Source: an uncultured Methanoregulaceae archaeon (GTDB lineage: Archaea > Halobacteriota > Methanomicrobia > Methanomicrobiales > Methanospirillaceae). Taken from it: a stretch of 64,000 bases of DNA. A program made the position numbers and the translations under genes. The DNA lies in contig OY970061.1 of NCBI GenBank assembly GCA_963705255.1, positions 320,001 through 384,000 of the forward strand, written 5' to 3'. Positions 9,230 to 18,068 of this stretch are shown in pieces. Position 1 is the first letter of the stretch. Every line of letters begins with the position of its first letter. The notes below the pieces were generated by a model that was given only the letters and a program-made list of their open reading frames with translations, did not search any database and was not told where the DNA came from.

Positions 9230-10438
9230 CTAATTTGCTGTATCCAGCCTGACAACACTTGGATTTGTAAGTATTTCTACATTCAGCTGGGTCAGAGGAG
9301 CGGACGGGAAAATATAGCGTTTCAGAACGATGGGCTCCGTCTGGCCGCTCGACTGGTATACCATATTGGTAAACAGGGTATCACCGGGCACATCATTATC
9401 GCTGGTGATATTCTTTCCTTCGAGTGCCATGCTTTCTTCCAGACTCGTGCTTGAGGGTGATGACATCCAGGTCGTAGTCAGGCTCGTCGAACTCCCGGCT
9501 GTGGTATCATAGGTCGTGATGTACCATGCCTGCGTGGAGGAACTCCACTGCATCTGTCCTCTGATCGTATGGCCGGTGGAGACCGTTATTCGCGTGCTGT
9601 GGAAACTGTTTGTCCCTCTTACTGCCCAGCTGGCGATATCCCAATAATATCCGGTATCGATGTTATTCCATTCCAGTACCGGCTGGATGATCGCACGGTA
9701 TGCCGGATAATCTTCGATCGAGTTAAAGAGGAATATCGTCTTTGCAGCGGATCCGGTACCCGACCTAGAAACAGGAGATGCAGGGACATTCCAGTAACCA
9801 TCAAACAAGGTAAGCGGCAGGGAAGTTGTTGTACGGTCGTAGGCGTATTCGATCCAACCATAGAATGGAGTGGTCAGAGGAACGACACTTGACGTTGAGA
9901 CTTGATCTACCAGGGATTGTCCTTTGGCATCTGAATTCGTAAAGGCATCTTCATTAATCACAGTACAGATAACTTGGTTTTCGTAAATGACAAATGTCTT
10001 TTTCCCATTATCCGTGATGAATGCACCCGAAGGCACTTCAAAGACGTGAGACGCAGGGGAAGGGCCTTTCGGTGTGTTGATTATGCCGGAAGCTTTGTCA
10101 TTCACTTCGAAAATCTGTTTTCCTTTCTTATCGAAAACGCGTGTGATACCATCGTTCGAATGGTGAATAACAGCACCTGAAGGGACAGAGAATTTACCAT
10201 CGCCCTGATGGGTGATAACGGAAGATTCCCTGTCATCATTTGTCAAAAGGAATTCGCCGTTCATGACACCGGGCGTTTTTGAATAATCAAACTGAAGTGA
10301 TGGAATGGGAATTTTTTCCAGTTCAGCCAGCTTCCCGGGTTCTGGGATGGAAGACCCGTCAGCGCTCACCAGCGGTACCATCGCCATCGCTGCCAGCAGC
10401 AGTGCCAGCAGGACGACGCTCCATGTGCGTAGTTGCAT
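9230..10438 (-). CDS. Secreted protein: propeptide + putative glutamic peptidase (G1/eqolisin-like) domain
   Basis: Signal LLALLLAAMAMVPLVSA; beta-rich C-terminal domain with WNVP, IIQPVLEW and ALEG (candidate Gln/Glu dyad). Fold is inferred. Confidence 0.7.
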   Translation of the reverse strand: MQLRTWSVVLLALLLAAMAMVPLVSADGSSIPEPGKLAELEKIPIPSLQFDYSKTPGVMNGEFLLTNDDRESSVITHQGDGKFSVPSGAVIHHSNDGITRVFDKKGKQIFEVNDKASGIINTPKGPSPASHVFEVPSGAFITDNGKKTFVIYENQVICTVINEDAFTNSDAKGQSLVDQVSTSSVVPLTTPFYGWIEYAYDRTTTSLPLTLFDGYWNVPASPVSRSGTGSAAKTIFLFNSIEDYPAYRAIIQPVLEWNNIDTGYYWDIASWAVRGTNSFHSTRITVSTGHTIRGQMQWSSSTQAWYITTYDTTAGSSTSLTTTWMSSPSSTSLEESMALEGKNITSDNDVPGDTLFTNMVYQSSGQTEPIVLKRYIFPSAPLTQLNVEILTNPSVVRLDTAN

Positions 10439-10456
10439 TTCTTATACCTCCTTTCA

Positions 10457-10710
10457 TACGCTACGCTCGCAAGGCACGGGAAAACCTTCATAGGATCGGA
10501 AGATAATGATCTCATGCCTACGGGCGGGACCGGGTCCAACGAAGTTCGTCGCTTGGTGGACCCGTCCTTTCTTTTCGGGACAACCCCCGGCTGTCCACGT
10601 ATGAGCGATTTATATTTCGTATATTTATTCTTTCTAGCCCATTCATCTACCGGTCAGGTTACAAAAAAACAAATGAAAAATTACTGAACGACAAAACGCA
10701 AATAGAATTA
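10457..10710 (-). promoter_or_regulatory. Conserved promoter + structured 5' leader, copy 2
   Basis: BRE/TATA-like CGAAA-TATAAAT at 10619-10608; SD GGAGGT before ATG 10438. Confidence 0.85.
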
Positions 10711-10730
10711 TCTGAATTTGTTCAATTCTT

Positions 10731-10808
10731 GCGTTCGCCGGCTGATCCCAAACGGTTGGCGATCGCCCGGAGTTTGCTGCCCCCCCTTGCAAGTACAAGG
10801 CTGAGGCC
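10731..10808. repeat. Family A repeat core copy
   Basis: ccaaacggttggcgatcgcccggagtttgctgccccc identical to the 7722 copy. Confidence 0.85.
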
Positions 10809-10886
10809 CGTCCGACCCGGCACCGCCACCGGGCTGTATGTGTCCGTTCTTCGAACCACCAGAAAAAAGTTGATTAAATGTTTGAT

Positions 10887-11240
10887 TCACAGGATTTTGG
10901 ATTTCTCATGTTCAATTATAACGGCAATTTCTTTCTTCAACACCGGGATCTTGTGCTCAATGATATCCCAGAGGATCTCCAGGTCAACACCGAAATACCC
11001 GTGGATCAGGGTATCCCGGAATCCGGCAACAGATTTCCAGTCTGTAGCAGGAAACTGTGACTTCAGATCATCGCTTAAGTTCTTGACGGCTTCGCCGATG
11101 ACCTCGAAATTGCGAACAACCGCATCGACCCGCATCCGATCGTTTTTAAACTCCCCGAATGTCAGGTCACCAACATACGACAGGATATTCCCGACAACCT
11201 CCGAAATATCATTGAGATAGAGCAGCTGGGACCTATGCAT
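10887..11240 (-). CDS. HepT-like (DUF86) HEPN RNase toxin
   Basis: AVVRNFEVIGEA...RDTLIHGY (R-x4-H-x-Y). Confidence 0.92.
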   Translation of the reverse strand: MHRSQLLYLNDISEVVGNILSYVGDLTFGEFKNDRMRVDAVVRNFEVIGEAVKNLSDDLKSQFPATDWKSVAGFRDTLIHGYFGVDLEILWDIIEHKIPVLKKEIAVIIEHEKSKIL

Positions 11241-11517
11241 AGACAACGTCCTGCAGGATGGGATCGCGGATGAGGGGTTTGAGGGCAGCATCCGTCACCA
11301 GATCAACTTTCCGTTTGAAGAGGTCTTCGAGATAGAATTTTGTTCCCATAAAATTATCAAAGGTTTTTTTGCCATTCTGGAATGTGACGAGGATATCCAC
11401 ATCGCTGTCCATCCGCTCCTCTCCGCGTGCGAACGAGCCGAAGATGCCGATCTTCGCGACACCGAACCGGGCCTTCAGTTCCGGTTCATGCTGTCGGAGG
11501 AGTGCGAGTACGTCCAT
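11233..11517 (-). CDS. MNT minimal nucleotidyltransferase antitoxin
   Basis: GIFGSFARGEERMDSDVDILV...KVDLV; overlaps the HEPN gene. Confidence 0.92.
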   Translation of the reverse strand: MDVLALLRQHEPELKARFGVAKIGIFGSFARGEERMDSDVDILVTFQNGKKTFDNFMGTKFYLEDLFKRKVDLVTDAALKPLIRDPILQDVVYA

Positions 11518-11629
11518 ACAATTCCTGTATGTGAGTGGTTGGTCTGTTCTTATTATTAATGCATTGACGATGCAGAGATTTTTATTCATGGAGTTTTCCA
11601 ATTTCTTCAGCCCCCGGTTCATTAGCCAC

Positions 11630-11845
11630 GCGATCACCGGCTCGTGCCAAATGGCCGTGCATTCACCGGCCCTGGCTGCCCCTTGCAAGAACCGGCCCAG
11701 GCCCCGTTTGCCCCATCATCGGCTCCCGGCCCCGCCACGCGATCTCCGGCCCGGCACCCACCCGGCCACTACTCTCAGTGGCATTCCCCACCTCCCCCGC
11801 ACTCCGGCCACCCCCCGCCGCCCGCGAACAAAGGGGGTGGGCATG
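11630..11845. repeat. Family A repeat, diverged long copy between the divergent TA pairs
   Basis: gcgatcaccggctcgtgccaaa...gtggcattcccc...gcactccggccacccccc...cccgcgaac.aagggggtgggcat. Confidence 0.75.
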
Positions 11846-11961
11846 TATCAGCACGAGCCATGGCCCCGCCGGTTCAGAATTCTGCCAGGGCTCCCCCCTT
11901 GACATTGACCACACCCTTATTGTACTGGAATCACCAAACACCATACTAAGAACGTGAACGC

Positions 11962-12285
11962 ATGCCCGAACTCGTCACACCGCTCAGGCAAAAAAGTCCT
12001 GTCATAAAAAAACTGGAAGCAGCAGCCCCGGCTATCCGCTCGCAGTTCGGAGTAACCAGGATCGGCATCTTCGGCTCGTTCGCCCGCGGCGAGCAGACCC
12101 GGAAGAGCGATGTGGACGTGCTCGTGGATTTTGCCGAAGGGTATGCAACCCTGAAAAACTTTGTCGGGCTTGCCGATCGCCTTGAAGCGCTCTTCAGGCG
12201 GAAAGTGGATCTCATCACGGTCGAGGGGGTTGACAAGTATATCCGCCCGGGAGTCGAGGCTGAGGTGATCTGGGTTGAAGGATGA
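11962..12285 (+). CDS. MNT minimal nucleotidyltransferase antitoxin
   Basis: GIFGSFARGEQTRKSDVDVLV...KVDLIT. Confidence 0.92.
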   Translation: MPELVTPLRQKSPVIKKLEAAAPAIRSQFGVTRIGIFGSFARGEQTRKSDVDVLVDFAEGYATLKNFVGLADRLEALFRRKVDLITVEGVDKYIRPGVEAEVIWVEG

Positions 12286-12625
12286 CACGGTCTACCTCCG
12301 CCACATCCTTGACGAGATCCTTTTCCTGAAACGGATATCGCACGACCGGACTCTTGACGAGCTCATCAATGATGACTATTTTGCTCATGCGGTCCGGAGC
12401 GCGATCGAAGTAATCGGGGAAGCAGCAAAAAACGTACCCGACCGGATCAAAAAAGAAAGCCCGGAAATACCGTGGCGGGAGATGGCAGCACTTCGCAACC
12501 GGATCATTCACGGCTATTTCAGGATCGATTATTCCATTGTCTGGAATGTGATCGTCCAGGATCTCCCGGAGATTGAACCAAAAATTTCTGCACTTCTCCA
12601 GAGACTGGATGGCAGATCCGGATAA
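12275..12625 (+). CDS. HepT-like (DUF86) HEPN RNase toxin
   Basis: EVIGEAAK...IPWREMAALRNRIIHGY. Confidence 0.92.
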   Translation: MKDDTVYLRHILDEILFLKRISHDRTLDELINDDYFAHAVRSAIEVIGEAAKNVPDRIKKESPEIPWREMAALRNRIIHGYFRIDYSIVWNVIVQDLPEIEPKISALLQRLDGRSG

Positions 12626-12711
12626 CCGGGATGTGCTTCCGGAATGAATACAACATGTATTCAATTGAGTAAAAATGTATTCACCGGCAGGTCCGGGAAA
12701 GAGGAGGGAAG

Positions 12712-13362
12712 ATGCCAGAGAAATTTCATACCGAACTGAACCGGTTGAAAGAGGACATGCTGGACCTGGCCCGCTTTTCCAGGAATATGCTGTGCGACTC
12801 ACTCAAAGCCCTGACAACGGAAGATATCGAAGCAGCAAAGGAGGTCGCATCCCGTAAACGACATATCCAGGAGACGATGATCGAGCTCGAGGAACGGACA
12901 TACCAGCTGATTGCCCTCTACCAGCCGATGGCAAAGGATATGCGGGAGATCGCCTGCATGCTCAAGATCATCTCTTCGGCAGAACGGATCGGGAGATACG
13001 GCAAGGATATTGCAAACATGGTCAAGCGTGTCAAGGGCCAGCCCGAGTTTGTCCAGCCGCTCCCGATCGTCCATATGGCCGGGCTGGTTGAAGCGATGAT
13101 CAATGATGCCATCCGTGCGTTTGAAACCGAGAGCACCGGGCCCATCAAGGATTTCTCGACGCGCGACGATACCGTTGACTCGTTGTGGCATTCGATCCTC
13201 CGGGAGACGCTCACCTTCATGATGGAGAACCCGAAGACGATCACCCGGGGGACCTATTATGTCATGGTCGCACGGTATCTCGAACGGTCGGGCGACCATG
13301 CCTGCAAGATGGCAGAGAACGTCAATTACCTGGTGACCGGGGAACGGATCGAGATCAGATAA
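12712..13362 (+). CDS. phoU: Phosphate signalling protein PhoU
   Basis: YQPMAKDMR, ERIGRY, DDTVD, RYLERSGDHACKMAE. Confidence 0.93.
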   Translation: MPEKFHTELNRLKEDMLDLARFSRNMLCDSLKALTTEDIEAAKEVASRKRHIQETMIELEERTYQLIALYQPMAKDMREIACMLKIISSAERIGRYGKDIANMVKRVKGQPEFVQPLPIVHMAGLVEAMINDAIRAFETESTGPIKDFSTRDDTVDSLWHSILRETLTFMMENPKTITRGTYYVMVARYLERSGDHACKMAENVNYLVTGERIEIR

Positions 13363-13959
13363 TCCTTTACGTGCTTTGAAACCCGCTGGGAACCTCGTGC
13401 AGCCTGCATCGCAGACTTCAGTTTCTGCTCCAGCACTTCGCGGGGCGGGAGATCGGTAAGGTATTCAGAGACATGAATCCCGGATTTGTCGAGTTGCAGG
13501 AGACGGATCTGTTTCTGGTCCGCACCAGCACAAAGGATCAATCCAAGAGGTTGTTCCTCGCACGCTTCTTTCTCGTTCTGCTCAAGCAACCGGAGGTACA
13601 GTTCCATCTGTCCCTTGTATGCCCCATGATTAACAGTAGGATCGGGGTCCTCGATTCCAACATAGACTTCTTTTATCCGTGCAAGAACAATTCGCTCAGC
13701 GCAGCTGATTTTTGGATCATGCCGGGCTCCAGGAGCACAAGGCTCCAGAGTTGTAAAAAGAATGGAATTGTCCAGTAGGTTGCCCTGGTTTTTTCTTTCC
13801 AGGAGAGTATATTCCGCGTGATCACCATCGCGCGCCGCGATATGCCGCTTCAGTAGTACCGTCCGCTTTGTAAACAACCGCTCCTACTAATGGAGCCTCT
13901 TTGCCGTCCCGACGAGGCTCGTGCTCCGTATCTTTCATGGCGGAGATTGCCATCTCCAT
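13326..13959 (-). pseudogene. Chimeric remnant: Zn deaminase domain joined to the C-terminus of a YhcG/DUF1016 nuclease
   Basis: PLVGAVV (other frame), HAE...TTLEPC...C, IEDPDP, then YKGQMELYL...PLGLILC...IHVSEYLTDLP; frameshift near 13835. Confidence 0.75.
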
Positions 13960-14013
13960 CAGGGGATTTTTCACAAATCCACCTCCGTCATATTTTCGAA
14001 TTGAAATGGTGCA

Positions 14014-15854
14014 TCAATTCCCCTTCCTCCGCATGATTATTATACCGGCACATGCCCCTCCAATAATGGCGAGCCAGATTGAAATCGGCGTGGTTTGAGG
14101 GGTTGCCAACTTCTCATAAGAAATGACCTGAGTTCTTTCAGGTTCGGAATTCGTTGCATTACCCTCCCTGTTGAAGTAGTAAACATGCTTCAGAGATGTG
14201 GCGGCGAGATAGTTCCCCTCTCCTGATAGCTTCAGCCCTGTCATCCATTCGGGACTTGAATACTGCCAGAGTGGTTTTCCGGTGCTGTTAAATAAAACGA
14301 TTTTGTCGGAAATCCCTGCACCAGTAAATTGACCATCGCTTGAGAGGGAAATACTGGTAATCCATTCGTTATTCGTATGAGTCAGGGGATTGATATTCTC
14401 ATAACGCCACTCAGGCAATCCGGTCCGGTTGAATACGCTAAGATAGTATTGTGAACCTGCGGCAGCATGGTTTCCATCTGATGAGACAGAAACTGATTTA
14501 AATTGAGGTCCGCTGGTAAAATTCCATTGAGTCCGACCATCCCGGGAAAATACGAACAGTGTATGGTCGTCAATCACCGCATCAAGTTCTCCATCGTTTG
14601 AAACCCCGATTCCCGCAACAGCAGTTTCTACGGGGGATGTGAACAAGACAGTGCCATCATTGTCAATAACAGAAATCTTTCCCGGTATGCCCCGGTATCC
14701 TGCTACCACGCACGTGGACCCGTCTCCCGATACACTCATTAAACCGACCGGTTCTGAAAGATTGACCTTCGCTACGACAATTCCCTCTTTATTAATGATG
14801 GAAAGATCATTGTCCCACGAAGCGTACACATAATTTCCATCATCCGATGTCGCGATCGCCCGTAAAGTTCCATCGGGTATGAATTTCCAGATGATCGATC
14901 CGTTCCGATCGAATCGTATGATACTGCTCACGCTCTGCGGAGGACTCGGGGAGTCATAATAATATGCAGCCGTGACAAGACTTCCGTCGTTGGTGATTTT
15001 GACGTACCCGACAGGCTTTCCTGGCACCTGGTATGTCCAGAGGATGGCTCCACTGTTGTCATAAAGCCTGACAATTCCCATGTCGGATCCTGCCACAACA
15101 TAGTGCCCGTCATCAGAACACGAAGCTTAAAACACCTCCAAAGCCCAAGGAGTCTGACCAGATCGGTAGCGGAGACGTCGTTGAATTCGATCCATTACGA
15201 TAGATAGTAATGTTCCTCTTGAGAGATAACTCCCAGTACGGGTAGTAGTCCAGCTGCCCTCCTACCGGAGGATTGGTGTCGATGGGGAATGGACCTGCTT
15301 CGTATCCGGAAGTTGTTCGCAGTATAGTCACTGAACTTGGGATTGACTCCCCATCTCCCGGAACCTCAAGAGAAAACTCTGAATCACGAATAGAGTACCC
15401 CTTTGAAATTCCGTCGATGTATACTTCAGCTCCGTCTTCAGGCCAGTGTATGACATATCTTCGGGTCGAAGAATTTGACTGAGAATCGGGCTGCCGGATC
15501 TGGATCAGCTGAGGGTATACATCCTGGAATCCTCCGGACGGTGAGGAGGCGGGGAGGGTATCGGAGAAAACGGTGGTATTTCCAATAACAATGGAGTACT
15601 GATGTTCTTTAGATAAGATCCGGTCGTTTGCAGCAACAGTGAGAGCATTTTTTTCAATATTGCCTACAAAAATGTCATCGATATACACGCAGTACCTCTC
15701 CGTTCACCGGCCAGTGGATGATATAGTATCCCGTTACATTGGCGGAAGAACTGGAAATTCCTGATTGTGTATTTGTTCCCATTGCCCCCGAAATAAGTAT
15801 ACCGAACAAAAAAGAAATGAAAAATACCAGAATCCAGAATTTTGTTTTTTTCAT
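14014..15854 (-). CDS. Exported PEGA-like + WD40/PQQ beta-propeller protein with C-terminal anchor (two frameshifts)
   Basis: Signal MKKTKFWILVFF at 15854; frames join near 15690 and 15115; repeated SxDGxY...W blades; C-terminal TM + RRK. Confidence 0.75.
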
Positions 15855-15908
15855 TTGCTACTCCTTTATTTTTTATTGTAATATGTTTTTACAAAAAAAG
15901 TTGAATGC

Positions 15909-17276
15909 CTATAGGCGATAAATGAAGCTCGCCGATGGCTGGAAATCTTCCCAATAAACATTGTTCGATGCTGAGTCTGAGTAATATACTTTTTGTACAC
16001 CATTCCGTGAATCAAAACCATAACACGCTCTTGCGTGACCACTTGGCTTTGTCGGATTTATGTGTCCCGGGAGAGTAACGGTTTTCAAGGGGTACCCAAA
16101 TCCAATACTATTGGAAATTTCATAATAATACGGATTTCTTGACTGACGACCCCACGGACCAACGCCAATTCCTCCATTTAAATAGTCAGAATAATACTGG
16201 AATTCAGCATCTGCTGAGGGTGCCCCGGCATAGCCACTGAGATTAACCACTCCCATCTTTGTTGCTATCTGATTTGGAGTCTTTCCCTGTGAGATGATTC
16301 CTTTTATCCGGTAATATTCTGTCATTGACCAGGCAGCGAAAATCATGCACCAGTCTCTTGCTCCCTGATACTGGACCAGCTGAGGGCTTAGAACTCCATA
16401 GTTTGAGGAGGCAGCAAACCCTGACAAAATTGTGGTTTTTAACGATTCGGAGTTTTCATTTGAGGTTCCAAGATTGATGCTGATTTTCTGTGCGTTCATT
16501 TTTTCAGCAATTTTCAGGGCTGTAATTTTGTCAGTTACTTTGTTTATCCGGTCATTTTCTTTGTTCCAGAGCCCAATCCCCGATTGAGTATTTGCCTGAG
16601 GGATTGTGTCATAGTAGGAAAATTCTCTCTCCTTGCCTTGGGGAATTTCCTGATAATCTTTGAATATCGCATCAATCACAATTTTTTTGTTTTCCTTAGT
16701 TTGTGGATTCGTCAGTTCCGCCAGTAGTGCAAGATACGGACTATCGTAGCAGATCAATTTTGTAGACTGAATGGTGTATCCCGTGAAATTTGTCTTCACA
16801 ATTTCATTTGCCTTCATCACAAGACCGGGAACATCAATTTCCTGTGGCGAACTCGTCCCGACATATTTTATCGGCGAGCCAAGGACTTTACTTGCTGCAA
16901 CCCTGATCTTTCCGATTTTCTCACCATTTTTCTCGATCCAGAATTGGTAGAAAATTCTCTCTCCATTTAAGTCATAAATGGTGAGTGGTTCCGGATTGAG
17001 ATTTGCACCATCCCAATTGATAGAATCCCCCATAGTTTTCAGGGTGATTGTCTCGGCAAGCGATTCTGTCGCAAAATTCGTCGCAGTCTCAACTGAGATG
17101 TAATTTGCTGAAATCGATTCTTTTGAGACTGGCGGATTTATTACGGCCGAAGAAAGTGGGTCAGCCACTACAGCATTTTTGTTATATGTATCCGCACTCA
17201 CTATCGGTACCATCGCCATCGCTGCCAGCAGAAGTGCCAGCAGGACGACGCCAAATTTCAGTATTTTCATTTTCAC
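15909..17276 (-). CDS. Secreted protein: propeptide + papain-like (C39-like) peptidase domain
   Basis: Signal LLALLLAAMAMVPIVSA; YQGARDWC, GHARACYGFD, VYYSDS (Gln, Cys, His, Asp). Confidence 0.78.
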   Translation of the reverse strand: MKMKILKFGVVLLALLLAAMAMVPIVSADTYNKNAVVADPLSSAVINPPVSKESISANYISVETATNFATESLAETITLKTMGDSINWDGANLNPEPLTIYDLNGERIFYQFWIEKNGEKIGKIRVAASKVLGSPIKYVGTSSPQEIDVPGLVMKANEIVKTNFTGYTIQSTKLICYDSPYLALLAELTNPQTKENKKIVIDAIFKDYQEIPQGKEREFSYYDTIPQANTQSGIGLWNKENDRINKVTDKITALKIAEKMNAQKISINLGTSNENSESLKTTILSGFAASSNYGVLSPQLVQYQGARDWCMIFAAWSMTEYYRIKGIISQGKTPNQIATKMGVVNLSGYAGAPSADAEFQYYSDYLNGGIGVGPWGRQSRNPYYYEISNSIGFGYPLKTVTLPGHINPTKPSGHARACYGFDSRNGVQKVYYSDSASNNVYWEDFQPSASFIYRL

Positions 17277-17292
17277 TTCCTCCTTTTTTCGA

Positions 17293-17553
17293 TACGCTCC
17301 GCTCGGAAGGCACGGGATAAAATTTCATTTGGGAGAGGGAATTGTCACGCGCCTACGGGCGGGACCGGGTCTAACGAAGTTCGTCGCTTGGTGGACCCGT
17401 CCTTTCTTTTCGGGACAACCCCCGGCTGTCCACGTATGAGCGATTTATATTTCGTATATTTATTCTTTCTAGCCCAATCATCTACCGATCAGGTTACAAA
17501 AAAACAAATGAAAAATTACTGAACGACAAAACGCAAATAGAATTACCAGAATC
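17293..17553 (-). promoter_or_regulatory. Conserved promoter + structured 5' leader, copy 3
   Basis: Nearly identical to copy 2 from gcctacgggcggga to aatagaatta; gene-proximal loop diverged but closing stem kept. Confidence 0.85.
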
Positions 17554-17565
17554 TGCTGAATTCCT

Positions 17566-17640
17566 GCGATCACCGGCTCGTGCCAAACAGCCGTGCATGA
17601 ACCGGCATCCGGCTGCCTCCTGCGAGTACCCCCGGGCCCC
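17566..17640. repeat. Family A repeat, diverged copy
   Basis: gcgatcaccggctcgtgccaaa identical to the start of the 11630 copy; ggctgc..cctgcgagtac is echoed at ~19928. Confidence 0.7.
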
Positions 17641-17684
17641 CGACACCCGGCAACTCAAAAGGATGATAACCAGAATAAAAAAAC

Positions 17685-17930
17685 CTATTGCCTGACGCAG
17701 AAGTGCCCGATGACGAGACTGTGCTTCGTATAGAGTTCGCAGGCCGGACAATAGCAGTTCAGCTCTTTCGGTGACGGGGCCGATGTTGTTCCGCGTGCGC
17801 AGAAGAGTGCGTCGGGCTGATATCGCTCAAGGGAATTATGTTTGTAGGTCGGGCATGCCCTGCAGGTATTCCTGCAGATCTGCCGGTTCTCTTCCGTATC
17901 CTCCACAATAGTCGTGTCGGTTTTCATCAT
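17685..17930 (-). CDS. Small Cys-rich protein (DUF2769-like)
   Basis: CRACPTY...LFCARG...CYCPAC...FC. Confidence 0.8.
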   Translation of the reverse strand: MMKTDTTIVEDTEENRQICRNTCRACPTYKHNSLERYQPDALFCARGTTSAPSPKELNCYCPACELYTKHSLVIGHFCVRQ

Positions 17931-18068
17931 AATGAGTGGATAGTGCGATGATGGATAATAGGCTTCTTGTAGATCGTTCCGGTTTTTACGGGAAAAAATC
18001 CTGGCCGCTCATTATCCTTCCGCCCTCCGGCTCCTGCCGAACGCTCCGCTCTCCGGAGACCGGATGCC

